From Candidatus Latescibacterota bacterium (GTDB lineage: Bacteria > Latescibacterota > UBA2968 > GCA-2709665), in assembly GCA_965226795.1 (NCBI GenBank), contig CBDDDZ010000002.1:64001-128000 (forward strand): a stretch of DNA of 64,000 nt. The letters run 5' to 3'. A model generated the notes under the pieces. That model was not told where the DNA came from, did no database searches, and was given only the letters and a program-made list of their open reading frames with translations. Position numbers and translations under genes: made by a program. Of the stretch, positions 10,018-18,343 are shown piece by piece; within the stretch, counting starts at the first letter, position 1; each line of letters starts with the position of its first letter.

Positions 10018-10905
10018 ATGCGTGCCATCGGATTGTTCTGTGTCTGTCTGATTTGGTGGGGCGTTGCGGGTTGCGGCGTTGCGGACGAGCCGCCCACCAG
10101 CGCCGTGGAGGAAGTCGACCCGAGCAAAGATCGGCCCCTTCCGGTAGGCCTGGCGCGGTTTTTCAGGGGCGTTGAGATGGTTCGGGTGCCCGCGGGCCAC
10201 TTCACCATGGGCATGGAAAGAGGGCCGACGGATCAGCAGCCCGCCCGGCAGGTGTACCTGAATGCATTCTACATTGATCGTTTTGAAGTGACCAATGCCC
10301 AGTATATCAAATTCTGGGCGGCTCGCGACGGCGGCAACCGGGAACGGAATACGCCGGCCAGCCACGGGTCCCGGGACGGCATCGGAGACTGGCCTCAGCG
10401 GGCGGACACCAGGCCGGACTTTCCTGTCGTGGGGATCAACTGGTTCGACGCAGCCGCCTACTGCGCCTGGCGCGGGATCCGGTTGCCCACCGAGGCGGAA
10501 TGGGAGAAGACCGCCCGCGGCGACGAGGCGAGGGAGCCGTATCCCTGGAACAAGGGTCTGAATGGTTCCCGGGCGAACTACAGGGATGGCGACGACGGCT
10601 ATGACAATACCCTGGCCCCGGTGGGCAATTACCCCGAAGGCGTGAGTTTTTACGGCGCGATGGACCTGGTGGGAAACGTGTGGGAGTGGTGCGCGGACCA
10701 CTACGATTCCGAATATTACAAGGTGGGCGCCACGATCGCCCCCACGGGACCGGAGCAGGGTCTGTTCCGGGTAATTAGGGGAGGGTCCTGGCGGACCGCC
10801 GCGGGCCAGGATCCGAACAAGCTCAGCATCACCTATCGCAGTTGGTCCGATCCAAAGGGTGCCACCGACGGATGGGGGGTTCGGTGCGCCCGGGACATCA
10901 ATTGA
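10018..10905 (+). CDS. Lipoprotein with FGE-sulfatase (SUMF1/EgtB/PvdO) domain
   Basis: Lipobox VAGC; VPAGHFTMG, EVTNAQY, RLPTEAEWEKTARG, DLVGNVWEW, RVIRGGSW. Lacks the CxxxxC pair of catalytic formylglycine-generating enzymes. Confidence 0.9.
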   Translation: MRAIGLFCVCLIWWGVAGCGVADEPPTSAVEEVDPSKDRPLPVGLARFFRGVEMVRVPAGHFTMGMERGPTDQQPARQVYLNAFYIDRFEVTNAQYIKFWAARDGGNRERNTPASHGSRDGIGDWPQRADTRPDFPVVGINWFDAAAYCAWRGIRLPTEAEWEKTARGDEAREPYPWNKGLNGSRANYRDGDDGYDNTLAPVGNYPEGVSFYGAMDLVGNVWEWCADHYDSEYYKVGATIAPTGPEQGLFRVIRGGSWRTAAGQDPNKLSITYRSWSDPKGATDGWGVRCARDIN

Positions 10906-10907
10906 GA

Positions 10908-11765
10908 ATGCGCGGGTGGGGGCGGTTGCGGGCTGCCTGGTATGCCGTCCTGGTGTGCGCCGGATGCAGCGGCGGGTCCCTGCTGGACGACCTCCCGGAG
11001 GGGGTCTTCCTGGACCGGACGCCGGCCGGCACGGTGGATACGATGCTGGTCGTAACCGCGGGCGATTTCCTGATGGGCACGAATCGTGGATTCGACCCGG
11101 AAGGCCCCGCGCACGTCGTCCATCTGAATGCGTTTTATATTGACAAGTACGAGGTGACCAACGCGCAGTACAGTGCGTATGCACGTTCGACGAGAGTTTC
11201 ATTGCCGCCGGAAACTCGGAATCCGTTGTTTTCCAAAGACCGGCAGCCGACTGTTGGGGTGATGTGGCCGGAGGCGGATGCCTACTGCAGGTGGCGGGGC
11301 GGAAGCCTGCCCACCGAGGCGCAGTGGGAAAAGGCGGCACGGGGGACGGACGGACGGACATACCCGTGGGGTGAAGAGGCGCCCGGAAGAGACTACGCGA
11401 TCATGGATCTGGGCGGGACGTGCGGGCGTACCAACTGGGCGAATCCGTCTGGCGGTCCGGTGCCCGGGGAGTTCTGTCAAACCATGCCGGTGGGTTCCAG
11501 GCCCAGGGGCGCGAGCCCGTACGGGTTACTTGACATGGCGGGCAATGCCTGGGAGTGGTGCGACGACTGGTACGATGATACTTACTATAGACGAAGTCCC
11601 AAAGAAGATCCATCCGGCCCGGCGACCGGGACGTTCCGTGTGGTGAGAGGCAGTTCCTGGCACCACCTGCCGCATTATCTGAAAACGTCGGCCCGGTTCA
11701 GATTTTATCCCGACCAGAAGGGCAATTTCATCGGGTTTCGCTGTGTGCGGGACGTACATCAATAA
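10908..11765 (+). CDS. Second FGE-sulfatase-domain lipoprotein
   Basis: Lipobox CAGC; LPTEAQWEKAARG, DMAGNAWEW, RVVRGSSW, IGFRCV; no CxxxxC pair. Confidence 0.9.
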   Translation: MRGWGRLRAAWYAVLVCAGCSGGSLLDDLPEGVFLDRTPAGTVDTMLVVTAGDFLMGTNRGFDPEGPAHVVHLNAFYIDKYEVTNAQYSAYARSTRVSLPPETRNPLFSKDRQPTVGVMWPEADAYCRWRGGSLPTEAQWEKAARGTDGRTYPWGEEAPGRDYAIMDLGGTCGRTNWANPSGGPVPGEFCQTMPVGSRPRGASPYGLLDMAGNAWEWCDDWYDDTYYRRSPKEDPSGPATGTFRVVRGSSWHHLPHYLKTSARFRFYPDQKGNFIGFRCVRDVHQ

Positions 11766-11781
11766 CCTGTGCGTCGGTGCG

Positions 11782-12909
11782 GTGGGCCGGGCGCTGTGGC
11801 GGGGTACGCTGGTGGTCTGCGTGATGTTTGCGCAACCTCTCCTCGAGAGCACGGAAAGGATCGCGCTTGAGGATAGCGTGGCCAGCCGGTTGACCGGGGC
11901 GATAGGCCTGACGCCGCCGCCGTCGGGATTGGGGGCGGGAGCGACACCCCGCGCCTATCCCGCATTTGCCGAAGCCGCCGGACTCGTTGCCAGGAGCCGG
12001 GGCGAGAGCGAGGCGGAATGGAATCTGACCCAGGCTGCGATCGGCGTCACGGTCGCGCGCCTGCGTGAGGCCCTGGTGGCCGCTCCGGATTTCGCCGCGT
12101 CTCACTACCTTCTTGGCCTGATGGATGCGCGACAGCGCAGGTACGGCGCCGCACTTGCAGCCTATCGGCGGGCCGCCAGCGCGGGGCCACCCTTTTCTGA
12201 CGATCCGATGAAGGCGCTTTTCCTGCGGGCAGTCTCCCGTTGTCAGTCCGCCGCGCAGCAGGTTGCGACGGGCACCCAGTTCCTGGATCGGGGGAAAGTT
12301 GAGGAGGCGCGGGCGGCGTATCGGGAGGCCGTCGCGCTGATGCCGGACTACGCCGAGGCACACGCGAACCTGGGCCTTGTCCATATGCTCACGGGAGATC
12401 TTGAAGGGGCCGTTTCCCGGCAACTGGAAGCTATCCGCCTGAAGCCGGACCTGGCCGAGGCGCATTACAACCTGGGCAATGTATATTCCCGGCGGAGAAG
12501 GTATGCGGAGGCGGTGCTCTCGTACCGCGAGGCCATCGGGCTGAAACCGGAAAGCGCGCCGCCGGATTCGGTCGTGTCGGTTGTGGACGCACATCAGGGG
12601 GCGTATACCCGGTCGGTTGCCGGGTACCAGCATGCCATGCGCTACGCGGGCCTGGCCAACGCGTCCCTCAATCTCGGCGACCACGCGGCGGCGATTGAGG
12701 CGTACAAACGCGCGATCCACCTTGCGCCCGATTTTGCCGACGGGCACTACAATCTGGGCGTCATTCACGAGCGGGAGGGCAACGTGGGGAGCGCCATCGT
12801 CCACTGGCGGGCTTATCTGAAGCTGGCCAGGAGCGATCCGGCGCAGGGGGCGTGGGTTGCCGACGCCAGGGCAAGACTGAATCGGCTGGAAAAATCTCGA
12901 AAAAAGTGA
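11782..12909 (+). CDS. Tetratricopeptide repeat protein (start uncertain)
   Basis: Repeated PDYAEAHANLG / PDLAEAHYNLG / PDFADGHYNLG motifs. Confidence 0.85.
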   Translation: MGRALWRGTLVVCVMFAQPLLESTERIALEDSVASRLTGAIGLTPPPSGLGAGATPRAYPAFAEAAGLVARSRGESEAEWNLTQAAIGVTVARLREALVAAPDFAASHYLLGLMDARQRRYGAALAAYRRAASAGPPFSDDPMKALFLRAVSRCQSAAQQVATGTQFLDRGKVEEARAAYREAVALMPDYAEAHANLGLVHMLTGDLEGAVSRQLEAIRLKPDLAEAHYNLGNVYSRRRRYAEAVLSYREAIGLKPESAPPDSVVSVVDAHQGAYTRSVAGYQHAMRYAGLANASLNLGDHAAAIEAYKRAIHLAPDFADGHYNLGVIHEREGNVGSAIVHWRAYLKLARSDPAQGAWVADARARLNRLEKSRKK

Positions 12910-14639
12910 TACGCTTCTGTATTATATGGACCCTTTCTGTGTTCCTGACGGGCATGGCGGGTAACAGCCTCGCGCAGGGGGTGGTCTTCAAGGATGTGAC
13001 CGAGGCCGCAGGGATCCGGTTCAGGCACGATAACGGCGGGTTCGGCAGGGAATATATGCCGGAATCGATGGGGTCGGGGTGCGCGTTCTGGGACTATGAC
13101 GGCGATGGGGATGCGGATATTCTCCTGATCAACGGCACCCCGTTGCGGGAGCGCGAATCGGGGCCGCCATCGACGATGGCGCTCTACCGGAACGATGGAG
13201 ACGGGAGCTTTTCGGATGTGACGGCGCAGGCGGGGCTCAGGCGGCCCCTGTACGGGATGGGCTGCGCGGCTGGTGACTATGACAACGACGGAGACAGCGA
13301 CCTGTACGTGGCCTGCCTGGGCGCCAACCGGCTGTACCGGAATGACGGGGACGGGCGGTTCGAGGACGTCACGGCGCAGATGGGGGTGGGAGATTCGGCC
13401 TGGAGCGTGTGTGCGGTGTGGCTGGACTATGATCGGGATGGCGACCTGGACCTGTTCGCTGGAAACTACCTGCAATGGACCGCGGAGAGGGATGATTGGC
13501 TGTCGGAGCGTTCCAACGCGCGATCTTACGCGCCGCAGCTGTACGATCCCGAGTACTCACGGCTTTACCGCAACGACGGAGACCGCTTTGAGGACGTCAC
13601 GGACGCATCCGGAATCGGCGGAAAACCGGGGAAGGGTATGTCGGCGGTCGCGTTGGATTACAATGGGGACGGATGGCCGGACATTCTGATCTCGAACGAC
13701 ACCATGCCGGACTATCTGTACCGCAACAACGGGGATGGCACGTTTACGGAAGATGGTCTTCTGGCGGGCGTGGCGTTCAGCGCCGCTGGAGATGCGAAGT
13801 CGGGCATGGGCGTGGACGCCGGAGACCTCCGCAATGCCGGCAGGGAGGACGTGGCCATCGGGAATTTCGCCTTTGAGATGATTTCGCTGTTCCAGAACCA
13901 GGACGGAGCGTATTTCACGGATTGGACTCTGCCCTCCGGCGTGGGACACCCGAGTGCGCCGTTTGTCACGTTTGGGGTATTCCTTTTCGACTACGATCTG
14001 GACGGCCACCTGGATCTTTTCGCTGCAAACGGGCACGTCGACAGGCGGATCCACGAGGTCAAATCCCACCTCAGCTACGCCCAGCGCCCTCTGCTGTACC
14101 GGAACATGGGGGACGGCAGCTTCGCGGAAGTGGGCGCGACATGCGGCGATCTGGCGGATCCCGTGGTGGGCCGCGGGGCTGCGTACGCTGACTATGACGG
14201 CGACGGCGACCTGGACGTGCTGGTTGCCACCAACAACGGCCGTCCCGCGCTTTATCGCAACGAAGGAGGCAACCGGAACCGTTGCCTGAAGGTGAAGCTG
14301 GTCGGAGGCGGTCCGCCCACGAGCGCCGGGCTTCAGAAGCCGGTCGGAGAGCCGTCCTGGTCCAACCGGGACGGAACTGGCGCGACCGTGCGCGTCCGGT
14401 CCGGGGACATGGTGCAGACACGCTCCGTCAAGGCCGGATCAAGCTATTGTTCGCAAAGTGAGCAGATATTGACATTTGGGCTGGCAGGAGCCCTGGCCGT
14501 CGAGTCAGTTGAGGTGGTCTGGCCCTCCGGCCGGATAGAACGGATCAACAACGTTGCAGCCGGGCAGACGGTGACCGTTCGGGAGGGACGGGGAATTGTT
14601 GCCACAACGCCGCTGAAGGCCATATCGGCGGCGGATTGA
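12906..14639 (+). CDS. CRTAC1-family protein (FG-GAP-like repeats plus ASPIC/UnbV domain)
   Basis: GTG start overlaps the upstream stop; signal peptide; repeated DYDxDGDxD and LYRNxGDGxFxDVT; C-terminal SNRDGTGA..GSSYCSQS..FGL..WPSG. Confidence 0.9.
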   Translation: MIRFCIIWTLSVFLTGMAGNSLAQGVVFKDVTEAAGIRFRHDNGGFGREYMPESMGSGCAFWDYDGDGDADILLINGTPLRERESGPPSTMALYRNDGDGSFSDVTAQAGLRRPLYGMGCAAGDYDNDGDSDLYVACLGANRLYRNDGDGRFEDVTAQMGVGDSAWSVCAVWLDYDRDGDLDLFAGNYLQWTAERDDWLSERSNARSYAPQLYDPEYSRLYRNDGDRFEDVTDASGIGGKPGKGMSAVALDYNGDGWPDILISNDTMPDYLYRNNGDGTFTEDGLLAGVAFSAAGDAKSGMGVDAGDLRNAGREDVAIGNFAFEMISLFQNQDGAYFTDWTLPSGVGHPSAPFVTFGVFLFDYDLDGHLDLFAANGHVDRRIHEVKSHLSYAQRPLLYRNMGDGSFAEVGATCGDLADPVVGRGAAYADYDGDGDLDVLVATNNGRPALYRNEGGNRNRCLKVKLVGGGPPTSAGLQKPVGEPSWSNRDGTGATVRVRSGDMVQTRSVKAGSSYCSQSEQILTFGLAGALAVESVEVVWPSGRIERINNVAAGQTVTVREGRGIVATTPLKAISAAD

Positions 14640-14666
14640 GGGATCTCAACAACTAGGGGGTGCCAC

Positions 14667-17138
14667 ATGGACACCGGACATCGATTCCAGCCTGTCCTTC
14701 TTCAGCAATTCTGTACCGCTGTTCTATTGCTTGGATTGAGCGTTTCGGCGACAGCGGGCTCGCTTTCGAGCAGGGATTCAATACTCGCCCTCGGGGAACG
14801 GCAGAATGATAGCCGCCAACTCGGCGAGGCCGTGGAGACCTTCTCCCGGCTCGCCGAAACCTTTCCCGGAGACGCTCATATACTCACGCGCCTGGGCTAT
14901 GCGCAGCTCAAGATTCGGGACTTCGAGGCGGCAAAAGGGTCGTTTGAGGCAGCCCTGAAACTGGACGAAAAAAAAGCGGCGGCCCACGCAGGACTCGCGC
15001 TTTCCTACGCGGAGATGCCCGCGAAGGGGATCAGCGCCTTTCACAACTTCCGCCGGTCCGTCGGCGCGGCAAAAAAGGCCATTGAACTGGATCCCGAACA
15101 GGCGGGGGCCTACCGGGCGCTCGGAGAGGCGCACGAACGATTCAAGGAAAATTTTGAGAAGGCGCTTGAATATTTCGATACGTACCTGGAGATGGAGCCG
15201 GACGATCCGGACGGCCTGTATTATTTCGGATTGACATGCATCCAGGCCGAAGCCTACGACAAGATCGCTCGTCATTTAATTCCATATATGGAAGCGCACG
15301 CCGAGGAGACACGTCTGCTTCCCATCGCCGCGCAGGGCCATTTTTTCGAGGAGCAGTACGAGGAGGCGCTGGGTTATTTCGAACGGTATCTGGAGCGCGC
15401 CGACCCGTCGGAACGCGAACTTTACACCGATATCGCGAACGCGGCATCTGCGGAGGAACTCAGGGTATACACAGCGCTTTCGGATACAACGGCGCGCAGG
15501 AACTACCTGGAGCGGTTCTGGCTGCGGCGAGACCCCGATTTGATGACCCGGGTCAACGAGCGCATCGTCGAGCATTATCGCAGGGTATGGTACGCCCGCG
15601 CTTTTTTTGCGGAGAAGATCTCGCCCTGGGACAAGCGCGGGGAAGTCTACATCCGTTACGGCAAGCCGGACTACCGGTCGCGGTCCTACGATCGCGACCT
15701 GACCCTTACGCCCGCGGTAGAGGCGGTTCGCATGCGCATGGCAGCCAGTCTCTATGGGGCCGAGGCTTCGTTTATGACGTTCACCGGTCCGGTTTTTCCA
15801 ATCCGGGCGTTCCGACATCCCATTACCCAGCGCACGCTGGACGACCTCCACGGTTTCGGTTCCGCCGATCAGCGCGACGCCAGTTTTCAGGAGGACGGCT
15901 TCACCTCCAATACCGATGCCGCGAATGAAGAGGAATTTCAGGAACGCGACCTGGAAGGAACCCCGCCGACCACCCCGCTCACCAGGAGCGACTATGATGA
16001 CCAGGACGGGGCGCGGTTCGACGAGTTCGGAAATCAGATCGCCCGGATCAAGTTCGGCGATTACATCCCCGTAACGATCCACACCGACCTGGCCACGGTC
16101 CCATGGGAAACCTGGATCTACACGCAGATACAGGGTGGAATCGAAATTGTGTTTACGGATGAGAACAAGAGCGGACAATTCAATTTCGCCCCGATTCCCC
16201 CGGTTACCTCCCTGAACAGGCAGCTCGCCAACGTGACCCGCCTGGTCAGCTTCGCGCCCGAGATCATATACCAGAATGCCACCAACGAAACCCCCGACTA
16301 CTACCGGCCCGGAATTCACGGCCCCGCGCTCAACTTCTATTACGATCTGGCCAATTTCCAGGGTTCCGGCGGGGGGACAGACGTTGAAGTCTACTACGGG
16401 ATTCCACCGGAACAGGTCGAGATTGCCCAACAGGCCGATTCCGCGCAGGTACGGGTGCAGTGCGCCATGGCCCTGGCCGACGAGGCGCACACCACGATCT
16501 ACCGGGATACCCGGGAATTTGTCTATCAGGGGCGGGCGGACTTCGCCACGGGAAAAGGCGCGTTTCTGCCCGAAATGCTCAAGATCCGGGTCCCGCCCGG
16601 GAAATACGAACTCCAGGTACAGATAAAGGACCTGGCTTCCGGACATACCGGGCTCTACAAACAGGCTCTCCAGGTTCCTGACTACAACGTCGAACAGCTT
16701 AAGATCAGCGATATCCTGCTGGCTTCGGAAATCGGCGACGTGGATTCATCCGGCAAGTTCAGCAGGGGCGATATCCGAGTCGTACCGATGCCCACGAGAA
16801 ATTACAGGAAGGCGCAGAAGGTGTATGCATACTACGAGATTTATAACCTTCAGAAGAACCGTTTCGGGCAGACCGACTACGAGGTTAAATACCTCGTCCG
16901 CACGGCTGTCGGGCGGTCGGAAGGCGTGGCGGGCGCCGTTGCTTCGCTCTTCAAGCGCAGGAAAACGCAGGTATCCGTTTCGTACGAACATGCCGGAACG
17001 GCCTCCACCGAACGGCAATACTTTGAAATCGACCTCGATAGAGCAAAGCCGGGTGTTCAGGTCCTGGAGGTGAAAATCACGGACAGGGTCAGCGGAGACA
17101 GCGAGAACCGCGAGATTCAGTTTCGATACGGGATCTGA
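14667..17138 (+). CDS. TPR plus GWxTD-like domain protein
   Basis: Signal peptide, N-terminal TPRs, FWLRRDP...EHYRRVWYA...WDKRGEVYIRYGKPD, WETWIY, and C-terminal Ig-like segments (ISDILLA, YAYYEIYNL). Confidence 0.82.
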   Translation: MDTGHRFQPVLLQQFCTAVLLLGLSVSATAGSLSSRDSILALGERQNDSRQLGEAVETFSRLAETFPGDAHILTRLGYAQLKIRDFEAAKGSFEAALKLDEKKAAAHAGLALSYAEMPAKGISAFHNFRRSVGAAKKAIELDPEQAGAYRALGEAHERFKENFEKALEYFDTYLEMEPDDPDGLYYFGLTCIQAEAYDKIARHLIPYMEAHAEETRLLPIAAQGHFFEEQYEEALGYFERYLERADPSERELYTDIANAASAEELRVYTALSDTTARRNYLERFWLRRDPDLMTRVNERIVEHYRRVWYARAFFAEKISPWDKRGEVYIRYGKPDYRSRSYDRDLTLTPAVEAVRMRMAASLYGAEASFMTFTGPVFPIRAFRHPITQRTLDDLHGFGSADQRDASFQEDGFTSNTDAANEEEFQERDLEGTPPTTPLTRSDYDDQDGARFDEFGNQIARIKFGDYIPVTIHTDLATVPWETWIYTQIQGGIEIVFTDENKSGQFNFAPIPPVTSLNRQLANVTRLVSFAPEIIYQNATNETPDYYRPGIHGPALNFYYDLANFQGSGGGTDVEVYYGIPPEQVEIAQQADSAQVRVQCAMALADEAHTTIYRDTREFVYQGRADFATGKGAFLPEMLKIRVPPGKYELQVQIKDLASGHTGLYKQALQVPDYNVEQLKISDILLASEIGDVDSSGKFSRGDIRVVPMPTRNYRKAQKVYAYYEIYNLQKNRFGQTDYEVKYLVRTAVGRSEGVAGAVASLFKRRKTQVSVSYEHAGTASTERQYFEIDLDRAKPGVQVLEVKITDRVSGDSENREIQFRYGI

Positions 17139-17184
17139 TACCAGGGCGGGCGCGGTAGATCGAGCGCCGCCCCCAGGGGGAGGA

Positions 17185-17222
17185 ATGCAAGTAGGGCGCA
17201 GCGTACTGCGCCCTACTTGCAT
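17185..17222. repeat. Perfect 17-bp inverted repeat, GTAG-type REP-like palindrome
   Basis: ATGCAAGTAGGGCGCAG-CGTA-CTGCGCCCTACTTGCAT. Confidence 0.7.
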
Positions 17223-17332
17223 CTGAATAGGCTCCCGACGAGAAGAAGAACCGTGTCGGATGAGGTAGAACGGATTGGTTGACCGGAGACGTGGCAACCC
17301 ACGCAGGATTGTCATCAGGGAGGAGGCGGACA

Positions 17333-18313
17333 ATGTCGGAACTCCGTGCGGGACTGATCGGATGCGGCGCGATCGGGAATGTACATTCCGAGGCGGTTGC
17401 AGGGCTGGACGGCATCCGCATGCTGGCGTTTTGCGACGTGGCTGAAGAGAAGGCACAAGCGTTGTGCGCTCGCTACGGGGGAACCTACGCGACCGTCGAT
17501 GCGAACCGCATATTTTCCGACGCTTCGCTGGACGTCGTCTATATCTGCACGCACCATGACACCCATGCCGACTTTTGTATCCGCGCCGCGGAGGCGGGGA
17601 AACATATGCTGGTTGAAAAACCCCTGGCGCTGACGGTTGAAGACTGCCGGAGGATCGGGGACGCGGTGGAGCGGCATAGAGTCAAGCTGTTTACGGCCTT
17701 CAAGATGCGATACTACCCGATGGTACAGAAGGCCCGCGAGCTTGTTCCCGAACCGTTGATGGTGGTGATGCAGATGATGGATAACCGATGGGGGGATACC
17801 TGGGCAAACGATCCCATCCTGGGAGGAGGCAACGTATATAGCCAGGGATGCCATTCGTGCGATATCCTGCGATACGTGGCCGGGTCCGATCCGGTGGAGG
17901 TCTACGCGGCTGGCGGGAATTATTATCAGAAAAACGGGAGGTTGGACAATCTGACGGCCACGTTCCGGTTCGAAAACGGCGCTTCGGGATGCTGGATCCA
18001 GGGCGACGCAAACCAACCGGCCCTGACCGGCAAATTGTTCCTGGAGATGTTTTCCGAAAACCGGTCCGTTACCCTTACCGACCGGTTCTGTACGCTGACG
18101 TATACGGAGACGGGGAAGGAGCCGGAGGTATACCGCGGCGAAGAGGGTGGATTCGTCGAGGAGAACCGGCTGTTTGTTGAAGCGCTGCGAACCGGCGCAC
18201 CCATGGCCGCGGACCATGTGGACGGGTTGATGGCCACGCTGATGATGATTCAGGCCGGACGGAGCATCGAAAACGGGCGGCCGGAGCACGTTGCGTCGCT
18301 CGCAAGGGTTTGA
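17333..18313 (+). CDS. Gfo/Idh/MocA-family oxidoreductase
   Basis: GGAGGAGG RBS; GLIGCGAIG Rossmann motif; AGKHMLVEKP. Confidence 0.92.
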   Translation: MSELRAGLIGCGAIGNVHSEAVAGLDGIRMLAFCDVAEEKAQALCARYGGTYATVDANRIFSDASLDVVYICTHHDTHADFCIRAAEAGKHMLVEKPLALTVEDCRRIGDAVERHRVKLFTAFKMRYYPMVQKARELVPEPLMVVMQMMDNRWGDTWANDPILGGGNVYSQGCHSCDILRYVAGSDPVEVYAAGGNYYQKNGRLDNLTATFRFENGASGCWIQGDANQPALTGKLFLEMFSENRSVTLTDRFCTLTYTETGKEPEVYRGEEGGFVEENRLFVEALRTGAPMAADHVDGLMATLMMIQAGRSIENGRPEHVASLARV

Positions 18314-18343
18314 GGCGGCCACTGGGCGCCCCGGAGACAGGAT

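Noticed and set aside
10018..11765. Diversity-generating retroelement targeting the FGE-fold genes
   Set aside because: No reverse transcriptase and no template/variable repeat pair differing at adenines were found.
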